Source: a virus
Taxonomy: Duplodnaviria; Caudoviricetes
Reading direction: 5' to 3' (one strand)
Length of the DNA stretch: 55,936 nucleotides
IMG/VR virus record: IMGVR_UViG_3300033141_004453
Span: 1 to 55,936 of that record
Part shown: positions 47,338 through 55,897 of the stretch, one piece after another
Position numbering within the stretch: position 1 is the stretch's first letter
How the letters are laid out: each line of letters starts with the position of its first letter
Translations under genes and position numbers: made by a program
The notes under the pieces: model-generated
Seen by the model: only the letters and a program-made list of their open reading frames with translations
What the model was told of the DNA's origin: nothing
Database searches by the model: none

Positions 47338-47881
47338 TATATTCTTTTTCTATTCATCCTCTTTAATTTTCTCTTCTTCATCTCTCTTTCCCTTACTTCC
47401 TTATTACTTTCCCTTATGAGTAAATTTATTTCAGCATAAGTAAGTTTTGGGATATCAAAAAAAGTGTAACCTTTTGAGTGAAGGAACCAAATAGTATCTA
47501 TTTCACTAATTAAGTTTTTTTTTCTAAACTTTCAATAACTTTTGAAGTAATTGCTCCTTCTATTTCTTTTTGCGATTTTCCTGTAGAAACACTCATAATA
47601 GCCACTACTATTGCTCCTAAATAATTTGGTTTTAAATCCCTTACTTCTTCCTCTGTAAACTTAGGATTCACACAAAATTTTGTCACTATTTCTACATCTT
47701 GTTCTTTTGTAGTGTTACCATCAGCACCCAAACCAGCAAATAAATTTTGAATTTCACCTTTAACCATAGGTTTCACTACTATTTCTTCATCACTATTCAA
47801 TAGTTCCAACTTTACTTTTACAGGGATAAGGTTTCCATCCTTATCTCTCTGTAAAATTGCTTGTCCCTTATCAAGTATCAT
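47337..47881 (-). CDS. tail assembly chaperone G (47510-47881) and -1 frameshifted G-T product ending at 47337
   Basis: GAA AAA AAA ACT TAA slippery A9 run; -1 frame stays open (NLISEIDTIWFLHSKGYTFFDIPKLTYAEI...) up to the TMP start. Confidence 0.8.
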
Positions 47882-47908
47882 CTTACTTATAAACCTCCTT
47901 TCAAATCA

Positions 47909-48880
47909 CTACCAAGCGTTATAATCTACAATACTATCATGTGCTGTGGCACTTACATGCTGTGGTACAATAGTTATTGTTTGGTCATGCACACCTTCAA
48001 CTGGTGATGGGGTTTCCATATCCACTAACTTACAACCACTCATAATTAAGAACAAACTTCCTGCAGTTCCTTTTACTTCTATCATAGAATTAAATGTTGA
48101 ACCTGCCATAAAATAACTGTCATATAATGTTTTTGCATTATCATTATCCATCCTTAGTGTAGCAGTTAACTCATAGTCCCTATTTTGAGGAATAAATTCT
48201 ACAGCTTGTCTACTTCCGTTTAAGTAATGTCCTGGTTCAAGATTGTTATTAATCCTAAAAGTCATTGTTACTGTGTTATCATATACTGTCCCTGATGGAA
48301 TGTGAAGTGTTGCTTCATTAAATTTATATGGAGATGTTGTTGATGGTGTAACTGTTGTAACTGCTCCAGATGAAAATGTCAAATTCTGAGCAACATAACC
48401 TACTTCACAACTTACTAAATCATCTTGTGAAAAGGTTATAGTGTAACTATCAATCATACACCCATTTAAAGTTCTTATGAAATTACTTCCTGCTATTCCA
48501 GTATTTTTACTATCTTCTAGAGTAAAAGATGTAAGTGATTGATTGGGGATATTATAAATTGAATCATCACTATTTGTTTCACTAAATACATGACTTCCTG
48601 CAGTTGCAGTTTCTGATATACTACCAATAGCCATCCCTAAAAATTTCCAATCTTGAGGGTAATATGTAAATGTTCCTGTAAAATCTAAAGGTCCATCTGC
48701 AAATGTATCAACATTTCTATCGGTTGAACCTTGATACCTAACTTGAATAACATTTGTTGCTTCGTCTATTGTATGGTCTTGTACTAACCCAATCCATTGT
48801 CTAGTTCCTGAAGTTGATGCATAAGTCCCACTTTCATAAATAAAAGCTAATTGATTTTGGTCTGAAAAATACTTACTCAT
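47909..48880 (-). CDS. major tail tube protein
   Basis: position; ES.Y N-terminus, GC.IDS..I, F.INNNLE patterns. Confidence 0.85.
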   Translation of the reverse strand: MSKYFSDQNQLAFIYESGTYASTSGTRQWIGLVQDHTIDEATNVIQVRYQGSTDRNVDTFADGPLDFTGTFTYYPQDWKFLGMAIGSISETATAGSHVFSETNSDDSIYNIPNQSLTSFTLEDSKNTGIAGSNFIRTLNGCMIDSYTITFSQDDLVSCEVGYVAQNLTFSSGAVTTVTPSTTSPYKFNEATLHIPSGTVYDNTVTMTFRINNNLEPGHYLNGSRQAVEFIPQNRDYELTATLRMDNDNAKTLYDSYFMAGSTFNSMIEVKGTAGSLFLIMSGCKLVDMETPSPVEGVHDQTITIVPQHVSATAHDSIVDYNAW

Positions 48881-48896
48881 CTCAATCTACCTCCTT

Positions 48897-49349
48897 TCAA
48901 TTACATATGAATAAATATGTTACCTCCATTACTTTACTTTTAACATTAGATTCTGAAACATTAACCACAGAACTAAGGTTAAAATCAAATAAATTTGCTC
49001 CTGCAATATTATCACCTGTGATTTGATTGTCTCTCAAATAATTATGAACTTCATCAAACAATTCATCTCTTTCCTTCACATTCCTTGCCCAAATTCTTAT
49101 TTCAATTGTTAATCTTAACAATGTTCCTTCACTTCCCATTCCTAATTTCCCTTCTTGTATTGTTCCACTATCAGTAACAGTTATTATAGGATATTTAACT
49201 GGTCTTTCGGGATATGAGGTTAAAACAAATCTTTCACCACTACCTCTACTAGCAGAGATAGGGTCTACAATATTAGAGTTAAGTTTATCCCTTATGAAAT
49301 TTACAGTATCCGCTACAAATGTAGATGACTCAACAGATGTTATGACCAT
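48897..49349 (-). CDS. tail terminator/completion protein
   Basis: YP.ITV, IRIWA...ERDEL; upstream of the tail tube gene. Confidence 0.75.
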   Translation of the reverse strand: MVITSVESSTFVADTVNFIRDKLNSNIVDPISASRGSGERFVLTSYPERPVKYPIITVTDSGTIQEGKLGMGSEGTLLRLTIEIRIWARNVKERDELFDEVHNYLRDNQITGDNIAGANLFDFNLSSVVNVSESNVKSKVMEVTYLFICN

Positions 49350-49355
49350 TATTAT

Positions 49356-49394
49356 TCCTCGCTTGGATTATTTGGACTTACTCGCTTGTAAGTC
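49356..49394 (-). promoter_or_regulatory. twin hairpins with identical AAGCGA loops in the 5' UTR, the second overlapping the SD
   Basis: GACTTAC-AAGCGA-GTAAGTC and TCC-AAGCGA-GGA. Confidence 0.55.
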
Positions 49395-49452
49395 TATTAA
49401 TTTAAAATAAGAAAAATTTATAAATAATTAGATTTAAATTATATAGTTTGTT

Positions 49453-49587
49453 TTATTTCTGTTTACTCTTTTTCAATCTTTTCTTTCTCCAATCATTATG
49501 ACACTTTGGACAAACTTTTGGGTCTTTTTTCTTTAGTTGAGTAAACCATTCCCAACCACAAAATTTACATTTATATTTTTTTCTCAT
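49453..49587 (-). CDS. zinc-ribbon protein (44 aa)
   Basis: translated by hand: MRKKYKCKFCGWEW...PKVCPKC...W. Confidence 0.65.
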   Translation of the reverse strand: MRKKYKCKFCGWEWFTQLKKKDPKVCPKCHNDWRKKRLKKSKQK

Positions 49588-49635
49588 ATTAATTCCTTAG
49601 TCATATAAGGTTTTTTTGTTTATTTGTTTTTACTC

Positions 49636-49830
49636 TCAATCTACATTCCAATTATCTACTTCTATACTCTCTACATCACAAAATTCTGCTCCACCTTCTT
49701 CTAATCCTGTTTTTGTGTCATCCATGAATTCTTGTAGCAAAAAATCTTTCACTTTCCTTACATCTTCTTCATTACCTTTTGCTTTCACTTCAAAACTCAC
49801 TTTATATGTTTTTTCCATTTTTTTATTCAT
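49636..49830 (-). CDS. small acidic hypothetical protein
   Basis: ORF track; own TATA-like upstream region. Confidence 0.55.
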   Translation of the reverse strand: MNKKMEKTYKVSFEVKAKGNEEDVRKVKDFLLQEFMDDTKTGLEEGGAEFCDVESIEVDNWNVD

Positions 49831-49966
49831 TTTATTTATAATTTATAAAATATAAGAATATTTAAATACTTTATTATAATTTAATATATATGTTAAAGCA
49901 TAGATGCTTCTCTCTTAATTTGAGGATTTTAAAGGATTATTTTCAAATCCAAAAATCCTCATTTTC

Positions 49967-50341
49967 TTATAGTTTCTCAATCTTTTTCTTTATAAACTCT
50001 TTTACTTTATTTCTATTTCTTTCTGCGCTATTCCTAAAATGCTTCCTTGGTAAAAGTTTAGAAGTTCCATACTCCAAGAATTTGGCATAACTTACATTGG
50101 TTTTAATAAGAGCAGTTAGAGGAGCAGGAAATATTGAAGAGATAGAATTCATAAATCTGCCAGTATCTACACTTCTTGGTTCCGCTCTATGACCTGCAAT
50201 ACTTTCAACAACTTCTCCTTCCATAAATAAACCAGCTTGTTTTACTGCATTTTGAGCCGCTTCTAATTTCTCTTTACTTGCTTTTTTCAAAAACGCTTGC
50301 ACATTAGATATTCCTTCAATCTTAATACTCACTCCATTCAT
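49967..50341 (-). CDS. HK97-gp10-like neck/tail completion protein
   Basis: VDTGRFMNSI, YAKFLEYGTSK..PR. Confidence 0.88.
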   Translation of the reverse strand: MNGVSIKIEGISNVQAFLKKASKEKLEAAQNAVKQAGLFMEGEVVESIAGHRAEPRSVDTGRFMNSISSIFPAPLTALIKTNVSYAKFLEYGTSKLLPRKHFRNSAERNRNKVKEFIKKKIEKL

Positions 50342-50347
50342 CTTGTA

Positions 50348-50776
50348 TCACTCTCCTATGAAACTTCCATTAGTTAGATATCTTACATATATTTTTTTGT
50401 AAATAGGACTCCCATTTACATTCCAATATGTAACACCATCTATTATTTCATATTGCCTTGTAGGTGGGCTTCCTGTTGTTCCAATTTTTATAGGACCTAA
50501 ACCTGAAGTTTGAATGTCACCATTAACATAAATTTTCTTATCATCTAATGTTATTTTTCCTTGTTCCAATAATACACTATCATAACTTCCTCTTGTAGTA
50601 TCTATTGGTAAAATAACACCAGAACACCATAAATCATTACCTGATTGAGTTAAAGTGATATCATCATCATAATAACTTCCAGCTCCATAACTTACATTAT
50701 AATACTTAAATCTTATTTGTTCACCATATGAAAGAATTTGATTAACTTCTGCTCGTAGTTCGTTTACTAATGACAT
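50348..50776 (-). CDS. head closure/stopper-like protein
   Basis: position; L..G.I..DD.KIY pattern. Confidence 0.65.
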   Translation of the reverse strand: MSLVNELRAEVNQILSYGEQIRFKYYNVSYGAGSYYDDDITLTQSGNDLWCSGVILPIDTTRGSYDSVLLEQGKITLDDKKIYVNGDIQTSGLGPIKIGTTGSPPTRQYEIIDGVTYWNVNGSPIYKKIYVRYLTNGSFIGE

Positions 50777-50915
50777 TTTTTGCCTCCACTTTCCCTTCTT
50801 TTTTAGGAGTAATCAATTCATAATCCCCAGAATCTATAAGATGTTTTACATCTTTTTCCTCTACATCTACTATCATTCCATATGGTTGATGTTTTCCAAT
50901 ATATCTCAATTCCAT
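50742..50915 (-). CDS. small hypothetical protein (57 aa)
   Basis: MELRYIGKHQPYGMIVDVEEKDVKHLIDSG...; TAATG coupling; not in ORF track. Confidence 0.6.
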   Translation of the reverse strand: MELRYIGKHQPYGMIVDVEEKDVKHLIDSGDYELITPKKEGKVEAKNVISKRTTSRS

Positions 50916-51295
50916 TATCCTACTGCTTTATAATGGCTTATGCTCTGCCCCATGTAATTTAATTTCATTAAAGCATCTTCTCTCAACTTGTCTGATGTAG
51001 AAAGAGATGAGGATTGCCCTCCTTTACTAACACTTAAATCTCCTAATTTGAAACTACTAACATCAACACCTTGCATTTCCATCATCCTTAAGATAGATGA
51101 TGCAGATAAACTAATTATAGCAGGTTGATATACATCACTAACAGAAGTTCCAATATTTAGTCCAGTAAAATTTTCAGCAAAATTAATTTCTTGTTTTATC
51201 ATATTGTGTAGTGTAGCCCCACTTAAGTAAGACGGAACATTTTCTATCATGTTCAATAATACACTTCCAATTTCTTCTACACTTAAATTACTCAT
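50915..51295 (-). CDS. head-tail adaptor
   Basis: position; SSFKLGDLSVS motif. Confidence 0.7.
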   Translation of the reverse strand: MSNLSVEEIGSVLLNMIENVPSYLSGATLHNMIKQEINFAENFTGLNIGTSVSDVYQPAIISLSASSILRMMEMQGVDVSSFKLGDLSVSKGGQSSSLSTSDKLREDALMKLNYMGQSISHYKAVG

Positions 51296-51924
51296 CTTCT
51301 TTCCCTATATAATTTACCTAATTCTGAAGTTTTGAGTATCTTGTTGTAAATTCTAAAATTGCCAATATACCCATCAAAAAATCCAAGAGTTTCTGAAAAT
51401 CTTGCACCAATAGTAGTCTCTCCTCCAATAGTTTTATTTGCGGGTGCATCCAAAAGAGATGAGCACTGTTTGTCTATGAATACTTGTGTTTTTCCTTCTT
51501 TGTAAATTGTAACAGCTCCAAAATGCCATATATTATCAATGATGGTTAAGTCTAATTCATAATAATCTGTGCCGTCAAAATATTTTAATTTTTTTGCATT
51601 AATCAATATTAAAATTCTTCCACTCTCAATATCAATAAAATATCCTCCGTCTGTCGGTGATTTAAACCAGAATGTAAAGGTGAAATCCCCGCTAACTTGA
51701 GTATAAGAATCAATTACAATGTAACTTGAAGAGCCATTAAAAGAACAAACATCTTTCATATTGTAACTAATGCCTGCTCCTCCAGAAATATCATTAGCAG
51801 TTCCGTTATTGAAACTTGCATAATCTATTATTTCTGTTGTTCCTGACACTCTTAAATCATTTAGTTTCCAATGTCTAATTAACCTTCTATCTATATCTCT
51901 TGCCTTTCGCTGATAAAAAACCAT
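51292..51924 (-). CDS. LamG/concanavalin-like domain virion protein
   Basis: HWKLND, SFNGSSSYI, FTFWFK, WHF, FDGYIGNFRIYNK.L. Confidence 0.85.
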   Translation of the reverse strand: MVFYQRKARDIDRRLIRHWKLNDLRVSGTTEIIDYASFNNGTANDISGGAGISYNMKDVCSFNGSSSYIVIDSYTQVSGDFTFTFWFKSPTDGGYFIDIESGRILILINAKKLKYFDGTDYYELDLTIIDNIWHFGAVTIYKEGKTQVFIDKQCSSLLDAPANKTIGGETTIGARFSETLGFFDGYIGNFRIYNKILKTSELGKLYRERR

Positions 51925-52272
51925 TTACACACCTCTACCAGTTATTATTGCCGAAACATTAAATGTTCCTACATTAGAACCTATTGCTGATACCCTCATA
52001 TAAGGAAAGTGTGCATCATAGCTAAAAATATCTGTTTGGACTGATGTTCCAGATTCATATCTCTTACTATCAACTACCCACCAATAACTATTATTTGGAC
52101 TTGCTTCAATATTGACATATAATTGTGAACCCGCTCCTGTTCCACTTCCATTTGTTAATGCTGAAACAAACACAGTTTTCCTTGTTAATCTTGATGTATC
52201 ATATGAACTTCCATTTGTAGTTGTTTTGGCATTACTTAAACTCATTCCACTAAATATATCTGCTATAACCAT
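51925..52272 (-). CDS. small beta-sandwich virion (decoration-like) protein
   Basis: IEASPN...W, PYMRV; SG/GS-rich. Confidence 0.6.
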   Translation of the reverse strand: MVIADIFSGMSLSNAKTTTNGSSYDTSRLTRKTVFVSALTNGSGTGAGSQLYVNIEASPNNSYWWVVDSKRYESGTSVQTDIFSYDAHFPYMRVSAIGSNVGTFNVSAIITGRGV

Positions 52273-52284
52273 TTTACCTTATAT

Positions 52285-52512
52285 TTATGCTACAGAACCA
52301 AGAGTAAGCCATGAACTACCACCTAAGAACATGTAAAACTTTCCGTTTGTACCATCCCAAGCTATACCAGATACTGGTGTTGAAGTTACAATTCCATCTG
52401 GATTGCCCACAACATTAGTAACTTTTCCAATATCTAAACCACTTGCGCCTAAACCTCTAGCCAAACCTTGAACTGTTCCTTGCACTGTACTTCCGGTTGT
52501 TGATACACTCAT
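52285..52512 (-). CDS. small Gly/Ser-rich virion protein
   Basis: GNPDG.V...V.GIAWD...FY; follows the MCP. Confidence 0.6.
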   Translation of the reverse strand: MSVSTTGSTVQGTVQGLARGLGASGLDIGKVTNVVGNPDGIVTSTPVSGIAWDGTNGKFYMFLGGSSWLTLGSVA

Positions 52513-52571
52513 ATTTTTCTTCCTCCTTTCACCATTTTTGTTTATTTAGTTTAAACTATCTTTTTTTAATT

Positions 52572-52593
52572 AAAAAATAAAAAAAATAAAAAA
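52572..52593 (-). terminator. oligo-T terminator after the MCP
   Basis: T-rich tract just after the stop. Confidence 0.5.
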
Positions 52594-52605
52594 CAATCTT
52601 TTTCT

Positions 52606-53460
52606 TTACGAAGTAGTAATCTTCGCAATTGCATCTGCTCTTAGGTGTCTAACCTTTATCCTTTGAGTAATGTTTGCTGCACTCATATCATATACAGGCA
52701 TTTCAAAGTTTGCTACAGTAACTGGTCTTTTTTCCGCTATCATATAAGCGTGCATTTTATCAGTTACATAAGCGTATTTACTGTAAGTAGTTGATGGAGC
52801 CGCATTAGTAGAGAATTTTATAACATTCAATCCATAGATTGTTCCTAAAAATCCTCTTTCTAACATGTCTCTATTTCCAACTTTATTTGCCTCTACAAAA
52901 GTATCAATATTTCTTAAATCATTTAATACTTCCATACCAACAAATAATGTTGTAGGAGTATAGTCAGCGTCATCTAAATACTGCATAGCTCTGGTAATAT
53001 TTGCAATTGTAATTGCTGCACCACCTGTAACAGTGTTACTAGCATTATCAAGAGCATCGGACAAAATCAATCTTGTCTCATTCTCTGCAAATCTCTTACC
53101 CGCTATCCTAATATTGTGTTGAAGTAAATTCCATTTACTGTCTTCCATCATCTCTCTAGTAATTCTGATTCCAAGTCCATATTTCACAGGTTTCATATTA
53201 ACAGATGTGTAAGATGTTTGGTCAATTGGACTTTCAGCCCCTTCACCAACAACCCTAACTTTCATCTGGTTAACTGTTACCAAATCTACATCAATACTAC
53301 TACCTGGAATTTGATTAGGACCAAAGTATAAAGCCGCTTCACTTCTTGGGATTAGGTTTTTATCAACTTCCTCAATCAAGGTATCATAAATTTTCCTTGG
53401 AATTAGAAGTTGACCTTCTGTCCCTAAGTCAGTTTGCAATAATTCTTTTATGTATTTCAT
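52606..53460 (-). CDS. major capsid protein (HK97 fold); likely start 53460
   Basis: G.LLIP, V.EGAE.P, KYG..IRITREM.EDS, G..GTIYGLNVI. Confidence 0.92.
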   Translation of the reverse strand: MKYIKELLQTDLGTEGQLLIPRKIYDTLIEEVDKNLIPRSEAALYFGPNQIPGSSIDVDLVTVNQMKVRVVGEGAESPIDQTSYTSVNMKPVKYGLGIRITREMMEDSKWNLLQHNIRIAGKRFAENETRLILSDALDNASNTVTGGAAITIANITRAMQYLDDADYTPTTLFVGMEVLNDLRNIDTFVEANKVGNRDMLERGFLGTIYGLNVIKFSTNAAPSTTYSKYAYVTDKMHAYMIAEKRPVTVANFEMPVYDMSAANITQRIKVRHLRADAIAKITTS

Positions 53461-53473
53461 ATCATTTACCATC

Positions 53474-53917
53474 TTATCCTTGTATATCAACAACAACGAA
53501 ATCACTGTCACTACCTGTTGTCAATGCTCTACCAATTTTATTGATTGCAGGTGAATAACCTAATGCATGAGAGCCACAAAATATAACTTCATCATCATTA
53601 TTACAACCGACATGATGACCGGCCAAAACATTTGTGCCACTTACCTCTAAAAGGAATAATCCTCTTGTCGCAACTGATAATGGAGCACCTGATGAAGCAT
53701 CATGTAATGCTATACCTACAAAATTTCCACTTCCTGTTGTATGGAAGAATTCAATATCTGTAGTCGCAAAACTATCTGCACCTGAACTAACAACACCTGC
53801 AGCTCCTGATGCACCAACTAGTTGTCCACCACTAATCACTTCCTTTGCATATCCTGTAATAATCCTTGGAGTGCCACCATCAGCAAGGTTGACATATCCA
53901 TAAGGATTTACTGCCAT
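53474..53917 (-). CDS. capsid cement/decoration protein (DUF2190-like)
   Basis: ISGGQLV, FVGIALHDASSG..LSVATRG, IGRAL; just upstream of the MCP. Confidence 0.75.
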   Translation of the reverse strand: MAVNPYGYVNLADGGTPRIITGYAKEVISGGQLVGASGAAGVVSSGADSFATTDIEFFHTTGSGNFVGIALHDASSGAPLSVATRGLFLLEVSGTNVLAGHHVGCNNDDEVIFCGSHALGYSPAINKIGRALTTGSDSDFVVVDIQG

Positions 53918-53979
53918 TGAATCTTTTTCCTCCTTTCAATTTTTTTTGAATTTAGTTAAGTATAAATAAAACAAAAAAT

Positions 53980-54390
53980 CTATCTTATTAATCTCTTGAA
54001 GTTGTTTGATTTCTCATAATCTCTCCATATTTGAAAACCTCTACCTGTATCTGCTTTCTCTATAACTAAGTCTTGGTCAATTTCTGATACTTCTTCTGTG
54101 GTTTCTGTTGATACTTCACCTTTTGTTTCATCTGTTGTTTCTTCCTTTGGCTTCTCCTCTTCCGCAGATTCTTCTTTTGGTTCATCTGCTGGAGGGGTAG
54201 TCTCTTCACTTTCATTCACTTTCTTTGCTAAATTGTCAACTTTTTCAGTTAATGCTTTAATACTATTTGTAATCTCACTCATATCAACTTTTACTTCTGT
54301 CTTATGAACTTTCTCTTCAGTTACTTCTTCCTTTGGTTCTTCAACTTCTTGTTCTTTTTGTTCTTCTTGTTCTTTCTCCTCTTCAGCCAT
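53980..54390 (-). CDS. acidic scaffolding-like protein
   Basis: very Glu-rich with a coiled coil; between protease and cement/MCP. Confidence 0.6.
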   Translation of the reverse strand: MAEEEKEQEEQKEQEVEEPKEEVTEEKVHKTEVKVDMSEITNSIKALTEKVDNLAKKVNESEETTPPADEPKEESAEEEKPKEETTDETKGEVSTETTEEVSEIDQDLVIEKADTGRGFQIWRDYEKSNNFKRLIR

Positions 54391-54416
54391 TTTTTTAACC
54401 TCCTTGATTTATTTAG

Positions 54417-55457
54417 TTAAACAAGTTTAATTATAACCTCCTCTTTTTCTACAACTATCTTTTTTGCACTCTCAGTTGATTTCTTAAAATTATCTGAATT
54501 AATACCAAATTTTTTAGCCGCTGAAATTATTTTCCTTTTTGCTTTTGCTCTCTCCTCAGGAGACTTAAATTTAGTTTGGTTAAATCTTGCCATGGCATTC
54601 CTTACATGAGCCGCATCAAAAATAGGCAAAGCACTTGAACTTGGCGGGTCTCTTGGTGCCGCATAAAACTGTGAAGGAGTCATCCCTCTCCTTTTTCTCT
54701 CAGCTTCCATTCCAGTTATCTGTGCCTCATCTACCCTCTCCATATTGTTTTTATCCTCTTCATCTTCTTCCATCTCTTTTTCCCCAGAAGAATCATCAAT
54801 ACTACTTTCTATCATCTCTTTTATTTGATATGAATTATCCATAGCAGAAGCCAAAGTGGCTCCTGGGTCACCTGGAACAGCAACAAAACTAATTTCTAAT
54901 CCTTCAATCCCAACTGCTGTCATTACTCCTTCATCTTTGTTCTCTACTAAATCTTGTACTCTTGCTCCTATACTAACATCTGTTATCCTACCATCATTAA
55001 TTCTTTCTTGTATTGCCTTATCCATAATCTGTGCTTCAAATTCAATTCTTTTTTCAGTAGGATTGTAAAATGCATCTCTAACAACACCAACAATATTCAT
55101 TGCTTCGTTTTTATGGTCTAAAAGAACTTTCTTTCCTTTAAATGTAGGAGCCGCTTTTTCTAATTCTTTTGCTATATACTTTACACCATTTCTTGTTGTA
55201 GTTTCATTAATAGCCACTCCCTTAATTAAAAAATCATCTCCTAAATTTACTGCTTCATCAATAGGTACATAATACTCTAAAATTCTCCAATCCTTAACCA
55301 TTTCTCTTGGTGCTCTACCTCCATGTAGTTTTTTCCATTGTGCCGTAGCAACAGCATAAGCATCACTTTTTGTAAAAGGTTTGCCAGTACGAGGATTAGT
55401 TTTACCTTTCATACTTGCCCATATTTTGGACACCATATCATCAAATTTTTTTGGCAT
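54417..55457 (-). CDS. prohead maturation protease with extra N-terminal (ChaB-like) and C-terminal (DUF6582-like) domains
   Basis: IKGVAI...TRNG..Y, LLDH, VSIG, EISFV.VPGDP.A; C-terminal LPI.DAAHVRNAMARFNQ. Confidence 0.82.
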   Translation of the reverse strand: MPKKFDDMVSKIWASMKGKTNPRTGKPFTKSDAYAVATAQWKKLHGGRAPREMVKDWRILEYYVPIDEAVNLGDDFLIKGVAINETTTRNGVKYIAKELEKAAPTFKGKKVLLDHKNEAMNIVGVVRDAFYNPTEKRIEFEAQIMDKAIQERINDGRITDVSIGARVQDLVENKDEGVMTAVGIEGLEISFVAVPGDPGATLASAMDNSYQIKEMIESSIDDSSGEKEMEEDEEDKNNMERVDEAQITGMEAERKRRGMTPSQFYAAPRDPPSSSALPIFDAAHVRNAMARFNQTKFKSPEERAKAKRKIISAAKKFGINSDNFKKSTESAKKIVVEKEEVIIKLV

Positions 55458-55502
55458 ACTCCTTTATCTAATAAAAAAAATCTTATTTAAAAAAATATAG
55501 AA

Positions 55503-55520
55503 TTAAATTATATAAATCCA
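55503..55520. promoter_or_regulatory. palindromic motif copy (15/18) upstream of the capsid operon
   Basis: TTAAATTATATAAATCCA. Confidence 0.45.
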
Positions 55521-55525
55521 CTTTT

Positions 55526-55681
55526 CTACTCTTTCTTATTTTCCTTCAATTTCTCTTGATTCCTTCTCATTAACTCGGATTTAATTGCCATTAAATCATT
55601 TTGCAACAAGTTCAATTTTTCCATAATGTCAAATCCAAGAGCCTTCAATTCTTTTTCTGTCAATTCTGTTATATTTGTCAT
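55526..55681 (-). CDS. small coiled-coil protein (51 aa)
   Basis: MTNITELTEKELKALGFDIMEKLNLLQNDL...; not in ORF track. Confidence 0.55.
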   Translation of the reverse strand: MTNITELTEKELKALGFDIMEKLNLLQNDLMAIKSELMRRNQEKLKENKKE

Positions 55682-55696
55682 TTTATGTGTTTGGCA

Positions 55697-55897
55697 TTAT
55701 CTTTTGGAATTTTTATCTTTGCCATCTTTATCCTCCAATTTAGTTGTTAAGTTTCTCAAATTAAAAGCCCTTGTAGTATAACAAATCTTGCAGTTATATA
55801 AATCAAATCTTCTCCCGTTTAGTTCTTGTGTTCCTAAATATTCAAATGGGGTTCTTTCCCTGCAAGTGAAGCAATATCTTTTTATCCAGCCTATCAT
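55697..55897 (-). CDS. zinc-ribbon protein
   Basis: CFTC...YNCKIC. Confidence 0.6.
   Translation of the reverse strand: MIGWIKRYCFTCRERTPFEYLGTQELNGRRFDLYNCKICYTTRAFNLRNLTTKLEDKDGKDKNSKR

Noticed and set aside
229-55068. Many 60-160 aa opposite-strand or out-of-frame ORFs in the track (e.g. 5778-6149, 6312-6716, 17200-17553, 25410-25889, 42604-42933, 43271-43627)
   Set aside because: They overlap well-supported genes and have the composition of reverse-complement codons
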